From Candidatus Eiseniibacteriota bacterium (GTDB lineage: Bacteria > Eisenbacteria > RBG-16-71-46 > JABDJR01), in NCBI GenBank assembly GCA_963783375.1, contig CAWANH010000029.1, positions 1,536,001 through 1,600,000 of the forward strand: a stretch of 64,000 nt of DNA. Direction: 5' to 3'. Position 1 is the first letter of the stretch, and every line of letters starts with the position of its first letter. Under the pieces are notes generated by a model. That model did not search any database. It saw only the letters and a list, made by a program, of their open reading frames with translations, and was not told where the DNA came from. Of this stretch, positions 50,576-61,234 are shown piece after piece. The translations under genes were made by a program, and so were the position numbers.

Positions 50576-51937
50576 ATGATGATGCGGACGCGGCGGGTGA
50601 CCGGGTGGATGCTCGGGGTCGCCTCACTAATTCTCGTGGGCGCGGGTTGTGTGGGGAGCGACAGCGGCACCGTCAACAACCCCGTGACCCCGGTCACCGG
50701 CGACTTCGTGGTGGTGGCCTGGAACGATCTCGGCATGCACTGCCTGAACCCCACCTACGACCAGGCGGTGATCCTTCCCCCCTACAACACGGTCTGGGCC
50801 CAGGTGATCCGGCGCGGAAGTCCGCCCCGGGTCGCCGTCGAGGGGCTGACCGTCGAGTACCGGATCCTCGACAACACCACCTCGTCGGGGAAGACCGACG
50901 CCTACGGGGGCGCGTTCGCGCAGTTCTGGGCCAACGCCAGGAAGCTCTTCGGGGTGGATCTCCCGGTGAACCAGGGGCTGAACCTCGAGACCCCGGGCCT
51001 TCACAACGGCCTCTCCGGGACCATGGTGGCCGCCTCGGACCACTTCATGGTGAACGGCATCCCCCTCACGCCGGTGAACGACGCCGGGGTCTGGAGTCCC
51101 TACCAGGTGGCCGAGATCACGGTGAAGAACTCGACCGGTGACGTGCTGGCCCGGACCCGGACCACCGTCCCCACCTCGGACGAGATCAACTGCGCCAAGT
51201 GCCACGCCCAGGGGGGAACCGGAACGGTTTCGATCGGGGGTGGGACCGCCGACCCGTTCAAGAACATCCTGGCCTCCCATGACGCCCTTCACGGAACCGC
51301 GCTCGCCGCCTCGGCGCCCGTGCTCTGCGCGAGCTGCCACGCCAGCCCCGTCCTGGGCACGCCGCCCCCGGCCACGACCTCCATGTACCTGTCCGCCGCG
51401 GTGCACGGCGCCCACGTCGGCCGGAACGCCGCCTGCTACGACTGCCATCCCGGCGGGGCGACCCGGTGCAACCGGAGCATCGCCCACACCGCCACCGACG
51501 GGAACTGCACCACCTGCCACGGCGACCTGGCCCAGGTGTCCCAGTCGATCCGCACCGGCGGGCGGGTGCCCTGGAACTCGGAGCCCACGTGCGCGACCTG
51601 CCACACCGCCACCGCCGGCGTGGACACCGGGACCGATCTCTACCGGAACGCCCGGGGCCACGGCGGGGTCTACTGCGCCGGGTGCCACGGGAGCCCCCAC
51701 GCCATGGTGCCCAGCAACCAGGACTCGGACAACTACCAGGCGAACCAGTACCAGGGGCGGGCGGTCACCCTGGGGAGCTGCGCCGCCTGTCATCGGAGCT
51801 CCCACGGGGGCGGGGCGGGCGAGTTCGCCGAAGAGCACGGGCCGGGCCGCCGGGCCTCGGCCTGCAACGTCTGCCACACCGCGGTATCCGGGAACACCTC
51901 GAACTGGCCCCACGCGTTCACCTGGAAGAACCACTGA
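50576..51937 (+). CDS. Multiheme (8 CxxCH) cytochrome c lipoprotein
   Basis: Lipobox GAGC; WNDLGMHC N-terminal domain; CAKCH, CASCH, CYDCH, CTTCH, CATCH, CAGCH, CAACH, CNVCH. Confidence 0.9.
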   Translation: MMMRTRRVTGWMLGVASLILVGAGCVGSDSGTVNNPVTPVTGDFVVVAWNDLGMHCLNPTYDQAVILPPYNTVWAQVIRRGSPPRVAVEGLTVEYRILDNTTSSGKTDAYGGAFAQFWANARKLFGVDLPVNQGLNLETPGLHNGLSGTMVAASDHFMVNGIPLTPVNDAGVWSPYQVAEITVKNSTGDVLARTRTTVPTSDEINCAKCHAQGGTGTVSIGGGTADPFKNILASHDALHGTALAASAPVLCASCHASPVLGTPPPATTSMYLSAAVHGAHVGRNAACYDCHPGGATRCNRSIAHTATDGNCTTCHGDLAQVSQSIRTGGRVPWNSEPTCATCHTATAGVDTGTDLYRNARGHGGVYCAGCHGSPHAMVPSNQDSDNYQANQYQGRAVTLGSCAACHRSSHGGGAGEFAEEHGPGRRASACNVCHTAVSGNTSNWPHAFTWKNH

Positions 51938-52111
51938 GCCGGGCCGGCGGGGGGGCCGGTCGGCTGAGCGATCGACCGCGAGGATTCCCCGCGGAAACTC
52001 CCGCACGGCGACGCGCGGCCCGCGCAGGTTCACCACCGGTTGCCCGATCGGTCCCGGACGTGCATCATGCCGACGATCCCGCGGCATTGGGCATGACCCG
52101 GAGGACGCGAC

Positions 52112-53605
52112 ATGACCGAGCGCGATCCGAACCTGGATAGCCAGGAGCAACCGATCCGGAAGAAGCTGGGCCTCTTCGGTGGGGCGATGCTCTTCGGGCT
52201 GTTGCTCTTCCTGCCGCCTGCCGGCGGGCTTTCGATTCCGGGATGGCGAACCGCGGCCATCGCGCTTCTCATGGCCGTATGGTGGATGACCGAGGCCATC
52301 CCGATCCCGGCCACCGCGCTCCTCCCCCTGGTTCTCTTCCCGGCGCTGGGCATCCTGAAGATGCCCGACGCCGCCTCGCCCTATGCCAACCACCTGATCT
52401 TCCTCTTCATGGGCGGTTTCTTCATCGCCATGGCCATGCAACGGTGGAACCTCCACCGGCGGATCGCCCTCTCCATCATCGCCCGGGTGGGAACCGGTCC
52501 CCGGCGGCTCGTCCTGGGGTTCATGCTGGCCACCGCGTTCCTCTCCATGTGGATCTCCAACACCGCCACCGCGGCCATGATGCTCCCGATCGCGCTGGCG
52601 GTGGGCGAGATGTTCCGCCCTCCGGGGATCGGATCCGGACGCTATCACTTCGGCATCGCCCTGATGCTGGGCATCGCCTACGGGTCCTCGATCGGCGGGG
52701 TGGCCACCCTGATCGGCACCCCGCCCAACGCGGTCTTCGCCGCCGCCGCCGGCGAACTCCTGGGCCGCCCGGTGGGGTTCCTGGAGTGGATGGCGGTCGG
52801 CCTCCCGGTGGCCGCGGTCTTCCTCCCGGTGGCCTGGCTCCTGTTGGTCGGGGTGCTCCACCGGCCGGGGGTGCTGTCCGGTGAAGCCGGCGCGGTCATC
52901 GCCGGGGAGCGCGCCCGCCTGGGCCCCATGAGCCGGGGCGAGCGCGGGGTGGCCACGGTGTTCGTCCTGACCGCGGCGGCCTGGATCCTCCGCGAGCCGA
53001 AGACCTTCGGCGGGATCACGATCCCCGGTATCCAGTCCCTGGCTCCGGGGGTCGAGGACTCGACCATCGCCATCGCCGCCTCGGTCGCGCTCTTCCTCCT
53101 CCCGGTCGACTGGCGGCGCGGGGTGTTCGCCCTGGACTGGCCCACCGCCCGGAAGATCCCCTGGGGGGTGCTGGTGCTGTTCGGCGGCGGCCTCTCCCTG
53201 GCCCGGGCCATGGACAAGAGCGGGCTGGCGGCGTGGATCGGGAGCCGGGTGGCGGGGATGAGCGGCCTCCCGGTGGTGCTGATCGTGGCCGCGGTGGCCG
53301 TGCTGTTCGTCTTCCTGACCGAGATCACCTCGAACACCGCCACCGCCACCATGGCCATGCCGGTCATGGCGGGGGCCGCGGCCGGCCTGGGGCTGGCCCC
53401 CATCACCCTCATGGCCACCGCCGCCCTGGCCTCCTCCATGGCCTTCATGCTCCCGGTGGCCACCCCGCCCAACGCCATCGTCTTCGCCTCCGAGTACCTG
53501 ACCATCCCCGAGATGTCCCGGGCCGGCTTCTGGATGAACATGGTGGCCGTGGCGCTCACCGCCCTGGCGGGGGCGTTCCTCGTCCCCTACTTCCTGGTCC
53601 GCTGA
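52112..53605 (+). CDS. DASS/SLC13 sodium:dicarboxylate (or citrate/sulfate) symporter
   Basis: WWMTEAIP, LSMWISNTAT, TLIGTPPN, TEITSNTAT, AFMLPVATPPNAIVF. Confidence 0.93.
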   Translation: MTERDPNLDSQEQPIRKKLGLFGGAMLFGLLLFLPPAGGLSIPGWRTAAIALLMAVWWMTEAIPIPATALLPLVLFPALGILKMPDAASPYANHLIFLFMGGFFIAMAMQRWNLHRRIALSIIARVGTGPRRLVLGFMLATAFLSMWISNTATAAMMLPIALAVGEMFRPPGIGSGRYHFGIALMLGIAYGSSIGGVATLIGTPPNAVFAAAAGELLGRPVGFLEWMAVGLPVAAVFLPVAWLLLVGVLHRPGVLSGEAGAVIAGERARLGPMSRGERGVATVFVLTAAAWILREPKTFGGITIPGIQSLAPGVEDSTIAIAASVALFLLPVDWRRGVFALDWPTARKIPWGVLVLFGGGLSLARAMDKSGLAAWIGSRVAGMSGLPVVLIVAAVAVLFVFLTEITSNTATATMAMPVMAGAAAGLGLAPITLMATAALASSMAFMLPVATPPNAIVFASEYLTIPEMSRAGFWMNMVAVALTALAGAFLVPYFLVR

Positions 53606-53829
53606 TCCGAGACCCCGAAGGGGCGCTCACCGGTCGGAGGGGCCGCCGGGAGGGCGGTCGGCCCCGCCGGGGCCGATGTATCGCGCCGGGGCCGATCCCG
53701 CCGGAGCCGGTCTCGAAACACGATTTCTCTTATAGCTTTTCTCTTGGTCCCCCCCGGGGGTGGTTCATCTATAGTCGGCCGCGGTTGAGCGCAACCAACC
53801 AATGACCTTCACCGGCACGGAGAACCCCC

Positions 53830-54591
53830 ATGAACACCAAGCACGCACGGATCCTGGTTACCGCGGCCGCGCTCCTCGCGGCGGTCGGATGTCAGAACAC
53901 AACATCCCAGAACGCCAACGGGGAGATGAACGCCTCCGCGGATTCCTCGGAAGCCCCGGGGGCCATGAGCTCGGCCAAGGCCGGCAAGGTCCTGGAGACC
54001 ATGAGCACCGCGGGCTATACCTACGTGCAGGTTGACACGGGCCGTGAAACCTTCTGGGCCGCCGCCCCCGAGTTCGACGTCGAAGTCGGCGACAAGGTGT
54101 CGGTTCCGGCGGGCATGGCGATGGAGAACTACCATAGTCAGACCCTGAACCGGGATTTCAACGTGGTCTACTTCGCTCCGGCCATCACGGTGGCCGGAAA
54201 AGAAGGGGTGGCCCAGGCGCTACCCGAGGGACACCCCTCCATGGGAGCGAAGACCCGGCCCGCAGACCTGGACCTTTCCGGGATCCAGAAGGCCGAGGGT
54301 GGGGACACCGTGGCCGGCTGGTTCGGCAAGAAGGCCGGGTTGGCCGGGAAGGAAGTCCGGGTGCAGGGGAAGGTGGTGAAGGTCAACAACGGCATCATGG
54401 GACGCAACTGGATTCACGTCCAGGACGGTTCCGGCGAGGCCGGGTCCAACGATCTCACCGTGACCACCGACGCGGTGGTGAAGGTGGGAGACGTCGTGCT
54501 GGTCAAGGGCACGGCGGCGATCGACAAGGACTTCGGGGCCGGGTACAAGTACGACCTCATCGTGGAGAACGCCGAGGTCACCGTCCAGTAG
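53830..54591 (+). CDS. NrfJ-like double OB-fold lipoprotein
   Basis: Lipobox AVGC; GKVLETM...GYTYV, SQTLNR.F..VYF, LPEGHP, IMGRNWIHVQDG, DKDFGAGY.Y. Confidence 0.75.
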   Translation: MNTKHARILVTAAALLAAVGCQNTTSQNANGEMNASADSSEAPGAMSSAKAGKVLETMSTAGYTYVQVDTGRETFWAAAPEFDVEVGDKVSVPAGMAMENYHSQTLNRDFNVVYFAPAITVAGKEGVAQALPEGHPSMGAKTRPADLDLSGIQKAEGGDTVAGWFGKKAGLAGKEVRVQGKVVKVNNGIMGRNWIHVQDGSGEAGSNDLTVTTDAVVKVGDVVLVKGTAAIDKDFGAGYKYDLIVENAEVTVQ

Positions 54592-54671
54592 CTTTGCATC
54601 TGCCATTTCACGCCCGGGGGCCATCCGGGCCGCGAAGTCGCCCTCCGGCCGCGAGGCCGGGGGGCGTACCT

Positions 54672-55271
54672 CTATACGAGCACCAGCTTCCGGTCCTTCC
54701 AGAGATCCCGCCACGCGCCCGGCGGCCCGAAGAACTCCTCCATGAAGCCATCGATCTCTCCCCGGGTTTGTTTCGAGAGCAGGGCGGCCAGCTCCTCCAT
54801 GGCCGTTCCACCGATGCCGAAGGGGAGCCCGGTGAAGAGCATGTCCCCCCCGTCGCACTGGGCGCAGACCTGGAACTCGGTCTCCCGGTCGAGCGGCGTG
54901 CCCTTCACCACGCAGGCGGAAAACCAGGGCTCCGGCTCCATCCCCGACTCGATCATCAACCGGTCTCGGCGCGCTTCCAGGTCCACGTTCCGCCCGAAGT
55001 AGGCGTTGATCCGCGCGGCGGACTCCTCCGAGAAGCTGGCCTGGACCTCCCCCATGCAGGGGACGCACATCGCGTACTCGAAGATCGTGGTGCGAAGGCC
55101 CGAGGCGGGATGGTTCCGGAACGCCTTTTCGATCACGTACTGCTCGCCGTCGATGAGCAGGTACCCTCCGCACTTGAGGCAGCGGTCGAAGGGGGCGTCC
55201 GTCTCCTCGGAATGGAGGAGCTTCGGGACCGGGATGTACTCGTAGACGGGGCGGACTTCGCGTTCGTTCAT
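54672..55271 (-). CDS. Hypothetical Cys-rich protein (possible Zn binding)
   Basis: CLKC, CVPC and CAQC pairs; GC3-rich codons; GAGG RBS. Confidence 0.7.
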   Translation of the reverse strand: MNEREVRPVYEYIPVPKLLHSEETDAPFDRCLKCGGYLLIDGEQYVIEKAFRNHPASGLRTTIFEYAMCVPCMGEVQASFSEESAARINAYFGRNVDLEARRDRLMIESGMEPEPWFSACVVKGTPLDRETEFQVCAQCDGGDMLFTGLPFGIGGTAMEELAALLSKQTRGEIDGFMEEFFGPPGAWRDLWKDRKLVLV

Positions 55272-55360
55272 GGTCGGGATTCCCTCAGGAACCGATCATA
55301 ACATCCGGCCACGGCCGACGTTTCGAGCCCGCGCGTGGCCCGCCCCGCCAGGGCTCCCGG

Positions 55361-55750
55361 CTAGCGCATCCCCGAGAGCGCGGCAAGCATGGTCCCGCCG
55401 CTCACGATCAAGGCGATCACCATGAAGGCCAGGCTCAACAGGACCAACACTCCCTGGACGGTGAAGAAGGTCTTGAGCCGGTTGAGGGAACCGACGAGCT
55501 GGGCCTTGTCCCCGCCGAGCTGGGCCGCCTCGGCGCCGTCGGCGGCCTTGAACAGGAGCACCCCCATCCAGATGGGGAGCCAGCACACGACAAGGCCGAC
55601 CAGGGTGATGGCGTACAGCACGCCGGTCACGATGAGGAGCACCCCCAGGAGCTTCATCCACCCCTTGGCCTGGAAGAGCGGGATGCTGATCTCCTTCACG
55701 GTCTGGGTGGGATCGGGCGAGGCGACGGCACGCGATTCGTAGTCGGTCAT
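55361..55750 (-). CDS. DUF5362-like small membrane protein
   Basis: GGAGG RBS; KGWMKLLGV....G.....T.VG...W.PIW.G.LLF, LKTFF..QGV. Confidence 0.75.
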   Translation of the reverse strand: MTDYESRAVASPDPTQTVKEISIPLFQAKGWMKLLGVLLIVTGVLYAITLVGLVVCWLPIWMGVLLFKAADGAEAAQLGGDKAQLVGSLNRLKTFFTVQGVLVLLSLAFMVIALIVSGGTMLAALSGMR

Positions 55751-55854
55751 GGATCGGACCTCCCGACGGTTCGATGGTGATCGGCCATTTTCAGCACTCG
55801 TGCCGGAAACTACACCGGGGCCGCGGAACTGCCAAGGGGGCGAGGAGAGCGGGA

Positions 55855-58521
55855 TTATCGCCGGGCGAGCCCAGCCGTCCAGTTCACCACGATCGAGGTC
55901 GGGGACACCAGGCCATGCCGGCTGTTGTCGATCGCCAGGAAACGGTCTCCGTTCCCGTGCACGGCGTAATGATTGCGGTATCCGTCGGCCCCGGAGGCGA
56001 AGGGAGCGGTGAAGAGGGGCTTGGGAAGCCCCGGCCGGAAACCATCCCGGGTGTCCACCTCCACCACGGTCACGACGTTGGGGAGCGTCACGTAGAAGAG
56101 CTCGGTGCCGTCCGCGCTCCACTGGGGCTCGTTGGCGCCCTGGGTGGAAATCTGCCACTTGCCGGTCCCCTGGGGGAACGGCCGGACGTAGACCTGGCGA
56201 GTGCCGCTCTCGGTACTCACATAGGCGATCCACCGTCCGTCCGGAGAGACCGTGCCGTGTCCCTGGTCGAACTTCTCCCGGATCACCGGGAACGGCTTGG
56301 CGTCTCCGGTGAGCGGCACCGCCCACACGTCCCGCCCGGTCTCCCGGGAGTTGCGCCTCACGATCAGGTACTTTCCATCCCGGGTCACGCCGGTGAGGGA
56401 TTTTCCTACGCTGTCCTCCCAGACCGGGCTCGTATCTCCGGTTCCCGAAGCCTCACGGGAATAGATGTTGCCGACCCCGGCGCGCTCGGAGACGAAATAT
56501 ACCCGCGCCCCGTCCGCGGACCATATCGGCTCGTAGTCCCACTTGGGATCGAAGGTGAGGCGCGACTCGGTCCCCCGCTGGGTGTCGTAGACCCACACGT
56601 CGCCCGCGCCGCCCTCGTTCGATCGGTCCGCGGCCACCCGGGTGCCGTCCGGAGAGAGCGCCGGATCCCCCCAATCCGACTCCGTCGCCATGGTCTTCAG
56701 CGTGCGCCCCTCCCGGTCTACCCATGCCAGACGCGACACCCGCCCCCCCTGCTCGCGATAGGCGAGGATGCCGGCGTCGGACAGGGAGAAGTCCGCGAGG
56801 CCCTGGCCGTTCCCACCCACCTGTTCGGTGACCGGGAAGGACTCCCCGGTGAAGCGAAGCTCGTCCGGGTCGAACTGCCGGCCCAGAAGCGTGCCTTCCT
56901 GGGCCCAGAGGAGATAGCCCGAGGGCGTGTATTCCATACGAGTTCCCGCCGGACCCAGGGTCCGGGTCTCGAAGGAGCCGACCTCGGCCAGCTTGAGGCT
57001 GTCGGCGGTCCCACCCCCGTGCAAGGCCAGGTAGAGGAAGTGCTTGCCGTCGGGAAGGAAGTGCGGCCACGCGCTCCCGGTCTCCCCCGCCGCGTGGTCG
57101 ATCCGGGTCATCGGCTTGGGCATGCCGCCCGAGGCGGGCACCGCCCGGATCGAGTCGGTGCTGCTCCCATCGAAGATGATGAGGCCGCCCTCACCCCAGC
57201 TGTCGTCTGAACCCTGGACGCCGTCCAGGAGGGTCTGGGTCGCCCCTCCGCCCACGTCGATGCGCTTGAGCCGCGTCCCGGTGAAGAAGGCCAGCGACTT
57301 GGAATCCGGCGACCAGCAGGGGCGGGTCGCGCCCTCGGTGCCGGCCAGCGGGTGCGCGTCGAAGCTGTCCAGGGGCTGGATCCAGATTCGCGCGGTGCCG
57401 GTGGAGTCGGTGGCGTTGTAGGCCAGGTACTTCCCGTCCGGTGAGAGCTTGGGGGAGTCGATCGACACGACGCCGTGGGGGGCGGGGATCTGGTAGCGAA
57501 GCACCCGTGGCGCCGGGGGTTTGGGGCGCATGAGGTCGCGCGCTCCCAGGGCGATCACCCCCAGCCCGAGAACCGCGGCGGCGATCCAGGCGACCCGTTC
57601 CCGGCTCCGCCGCCGGTGGGCCACCGGCTTCGGCACCCCCGCCGCCGATCCACCCTCGGCGATCCACTGAAGCTGCAACGCGACGTCGTGCGCGGTCTGC
57701 CACCGCTTCTCCGGGTCCTTGTCCAGGCACACCCGCACCACCCGGTCGAGCGCCGGCGGCGCCATGGCCTGGAAGGTGGAGATCGGGGCCGGCTGATCCT
57801 TGAGAATCGAGGCGATCAGGGACGCCTGGCTGTTCCCCTGAAACGCCGGCTTCCCCGTGGCCATCTCGTAGAGCACGGCTCCCAGGGCGAAGATGTCGGT
57901 CCGGTTGTCCGCCTCCTTCCCCTCCAGCTGCTCCGGGGCCATGTACTGGAAGGTCCCCAGGATCGTCCCCTCCGCGGTGAGCGGCGTCCTCGGATTCCGC
58001 GACTCCGCCTTCATGGTCAGGGACGACGTGGGGGTTGCCGCCTCCACCCCCATCTTGGCCAGCCCGAAGTCCAGGAGCTTGGCCCCGCTCCGGGTAAGCA
58101 TGATGTTCCCCGGCTTCAGGTCCCGGTGCACCACCCCGCTCCGGTGGGCGGCGGACAGGGCCTCGGCGATCTGGACCCCGAGCCGGAGAACCTCGTCGGA
58201 CGAGAGGGGCTCCCCACCGAGCCGGTCCGCCAGGCTCTGCCCCTCCAGGAACTCCATCACCAGGAAGTCCACCCCGTCCTGGTGCCCCACGTCGTAGAGG
58301 GAGCAGATATGGGGGTGCGAGAGCGAGGAGATCGCCCGGGCCTCGCGCTCGAAGCGCTCCCGGAGCTCCGGGTTGGCCGAGAGGTGGCCGGGCAGCACCT
58401 TGATCGCCACCAGGCGGTCGAGACGCGTGTCCTTGGCGCGATACACCTCGCCCATGCCGCCGGCGCCGAGGGGTTCCAGGATCTCGTAGGGGCCCAATCG
58501 CAGGCCGGGGTTCAAGGGCAT
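55855..58521 (-). CDS. Ser/Thr protein kinase - TM - TolB/PD40 beta-propeller
   Basis: LGAGGMGEVY, VAIK, HRDLKPGN, DFGLAK, GTFQYMAPE; TM; multiple SPDG repeats. Confidence 0.93.
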   Translation of the reverse strand: MPLNPGLRLGPYEILEPLGAGGMGEVYRAKDTRLDRLVAIKVLPGHLSANPELRERFEREARAISSLSHPHICSLYDVGHQDGVDFLVMEFLEGQSLADRLGGEPLSSDEVLRLGVQIAEALSAAHRSGVVHRDLKPGNIMLTRSGAKLLDFGLAKMGVEAATPTSSLTMKAESRNPRTPLTAEGTILGTFQYMAPEQLEGKEADNRTDIFALGAVLYEMATGKPAFQGNSQASLIASILKDQPAPISTFQAMAPPALDRVVRVCLDKDPEKRWQTAHDVALQLQWIAEGGSAAGVPKPVAHRRRSRERVAWIAAAVLGLGVIALGARDLMRPKPPAPRVLRYQIPAPHGVVSIDSPKLSPDGKYLAYNATDSTGTARIWIQPLDSFDAHPLAGTEGATRPCWSPDSKSLAFFTGTRLKRIDVGGGATQTLLDGVQGSDDSWGEGGLIIFDGSSTDSIRAVPASGGMPKPMTRIDHAAGETGSAWPHFLPDGKHFLYLALHGGGTADSLKLAEVGSFETRTLGPAGTRMEYTPSGYLLWAQEGTLLGRQFDPDELRFTGESFPVTEQVGGNGQGLADFSLSDAGILAYREQGGRVSRLAWVDREGRTLKTMATESDWGDPALSPDGTRVAADRSNEGGAGDVWVYDTQRGTESRLTFDPKWDYEPIWSADGARVYFVSERAGVGNIYSREASGTGDTSPVWEDSVGKSLTGVTRDGKYLIVRRNSRETGRDVWAVPLTGDAKPFPVIREKFDQGHGTVSPDGRWIAYVSTESGTRQVYVRPFPQGTGKWQISTQGANEPQWSADGTELFYVTLPNVVTVVEVDTRDGFRPGLPKPLFTAPFASGADGYRNHYAVHGNGDRFLAIDNSRHGLVSPTSIVVNWTAGLARR

Positions 58522-58543
58522 CGGGGTCTCCTGTCGGATCGGG

Positions 58544-61212
58544 TCACCGCCGGGCGATCTCGGCCGCCCAGTTCACGATCAGCGTGGTGGGCTCGAGCGT
58601 CTCGGCGGAGTTGGGCGAGAGGAGAAGGAACCGGCTGCCGTCACCGAACACGGCGTAGCGATTCCTTCCGTTCGTGGATTGGGTCACGTTGGCGGGAAAG
58701 AGGCGCCGGGGTGTCCCGGCCTGGAATCCCGCTTCGGTCCGGACGGCCACGGCCATGAGGTTCCGGTTGGGATCCATGTAGTAGATCGTCTCTCCGTCGT
58801 TGCTCCACTGGGGTTCGTCCCCGCCGTCGGTCGAGACCTGCCACTTGCCCCCAGGTCCCGGGAAGGGCTGCACGTAGACCTGGTTGATCTGGCTCTCCCC
58901 GCTGACGTAGGCGACCCACTTCCCGTCCGGGGAGAACATCCCCCGGCCTTCGTAGAGGGGGGTCTGGACGAACGGGTACGGTTTCGCATCCCCCTCGACC
59001 GGAACCACCCAGAGGTCGTTGCCGGACTTCGGGTCCGAACGCTGAGCCAGGATGAACTTGCCGTCCGGCGACCACGAACTGGGATACTTGGACATGTCGT
59101 CATGCCAGAGCGAGACGGCATCGCCGGTTCCGCTCGCATCCTTCACGAAGAGGTCCCTCGGGCCGTCACGGTCCGAGGTGAAGACGATCCGTCGGCCGTC
59201 CGGCGACCACACCGGGAAGAAATCCTGCTTGGGGCTGAAGGTGAGCCGGGACGCCGTACCCCGGGTGGTCTCCAGGACCCAGGTATCGAAGGACGCGAGT
59301 TTGTCGTCCAGGATCGAGACCGCGATCCGGGTGCCGGTAGGATCGATCACCGGGGCCATGTAGGCGGCGGGCTTTCCCACGCTCCCCTGGGGTTTGCCCG
59401 CCGGATCCACCCAGACCAGGCGCTGGTTCTGCACCTCCCCTCGCCGGTAGGCCAGGATGCCGTTCCGGGAGAGCGAGAAGTCCGCCAGCCCGTAGGAGGT
59501 CGTGGTCACCGCCTCGGTCACCGGAAAGGGATCGCCCTTGAACGTCGCGGCCCCCGGGTCGAACCGGCGCGCCAGCAGCGTTCCGTCCTGGACGTAGAGC
59601 AGGTACCCCGGATCCGCAAACTCGATCCGGGAGTTTCCCGGCCCGATCACCTTGGTCTCGAAATTTCCCAACTCACCGACCTTGAGCGATCCCACCTTGG
59701 CGTCGGCGTAGTCCACCTGGAACACGAAGTGCTTGCCGTCGGGGAGGAAGTACGGCCAGCCGTCGGTTACCTCCTTCTGCGAGCGGTCGAGCCGGGTGGC
59801 GGGAGCGGGCACGCCACCGCCGGCGGGAACGCGCCGCAGGGAGTCGCCGGCCTGGGCGTCGAACAGGATCACCCCTTCCGAGCTCCAGGAACCGTCCGAT
59901 CCGTTCACGACGTCGGTCAGGGTCTGCACCGGCCCGCCGCCCACATCCACCCGTTTCAGGCGCCCCTCGGCGAAGAAGGCCAGGGATCGGGAATCCGGCG
60001 ACCAGAAGGGCCGGCGGGCGCCGTCGGTGCCGTCCAGGGGATGGGCGGTGAAGGCGTCCAGGGGTTGGACCCAGATCCGCGTCGTTCCGGTGGAGTCGGT
60101 ACCGTTGTAGGCCAGGTAGCGCCCGTTCGGCGAGAGCTTGGGCGAGTCCATGAAGGTGAGCTCGGGAGGCGTGCCGAGCTTGTATCGCAGGGTCTGGACG
60201 TCGGGGCGGCTTCGATGAGTGACCATGTACCCCAGCGCCCCCGACGCCACCACCGCGAACACCGCGGCCGCGATCCAGGCCGTCCGCTCCCGGCTCCGTC
60301 GCCGCTGCGCCACCGGCTTCGGCACCCCCGCCGCCGATCCCCCCTCCGCGATCCACTCCAGCTGCAGCGCCACGTCGTGCGCGGTCTGCCACCGCTCCTC
60401 CGGATCCTTCTTCAGGCACGTCCGACCACCCGGTCCAGCGCCGGCGGCGCCAGCGGCATCACCTGCGAGATCGGCGCCGGGCTCGCCGACATGATCGACG
60501 CGATCAGCGACGCCTGGCTCTTCCCCTCGAACGCCCGCCTCCCCGTCACCATCTCGTACAGCACCGCCCCCAGCGCGAAGATGTCCGTCCGCGCGTCCGC
60601 CTCCACCCCCTCCAGCTGCTCCGGCGCCATGTACTGGAACGTCCCCAGGATCGTCCCCTCCGCGGTCAGCGGCGTCCGCGGGTCCTGCGTCGGCGCCTTC
60701 ATGGTCAAGGACGACGACGACGGCGCCTCCGCCTCCACCCCCATCCGCGCCAGACCGAAGTCCAAGAGCTTCACCCCGCTCCGGGTCAGCATCACGTTCC
60801 CCGGCTTCAAGTCCCGGTGCACCACCCCGCTCCGGTGCGCCGCGGCCAGCGCCTCCGCCATCTGACGGCCGATCCGGAGCACGTCCTCCAGCGGCATGGG
60901 ACCCCCGGCCACCTTGTCGGCCAGGGTCTGCCCCTCCAGGTACTCCATCACCAGGAAGTCCGTGCCGTCCTCGTGACCCACGTCGTAGAGCGCGCAGATG
61001 TGGGGGTGGGTCAGGGACGAGATCGCCCGCGCCTCCCGGTCGAACCGCTGCCGGAGCTCCGGGTTGGCGGAAAGATGGGTGGGCAGGATCTTGATCGCCA
61101 CCGAGCGGTCCAGACGCGTGTCCTTGGCCCGGTAGACCTCACCCATCCCTCCCGCGCCGAGGGGTTCGAGGATCTCGTACGGGCCCAGGCGATGGCCGGG
61201 GTTCAACGGCAT
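58544..61212 (-). CDS. Ser/Thr protein kinase - TM - PD40 propeller; frameshift near 60423
   Basis: Kinase ORF 60412-61212 and propeller ORF 58544-60373 join if one base is restored (gtc [c]gg acg tgc gives RVVRTCLKK, matching paralog RVVRVCL). Confidence 0.88.
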
Positions 61213-61234
61213 GGCGGTTCCCTTCGGAGGACGG

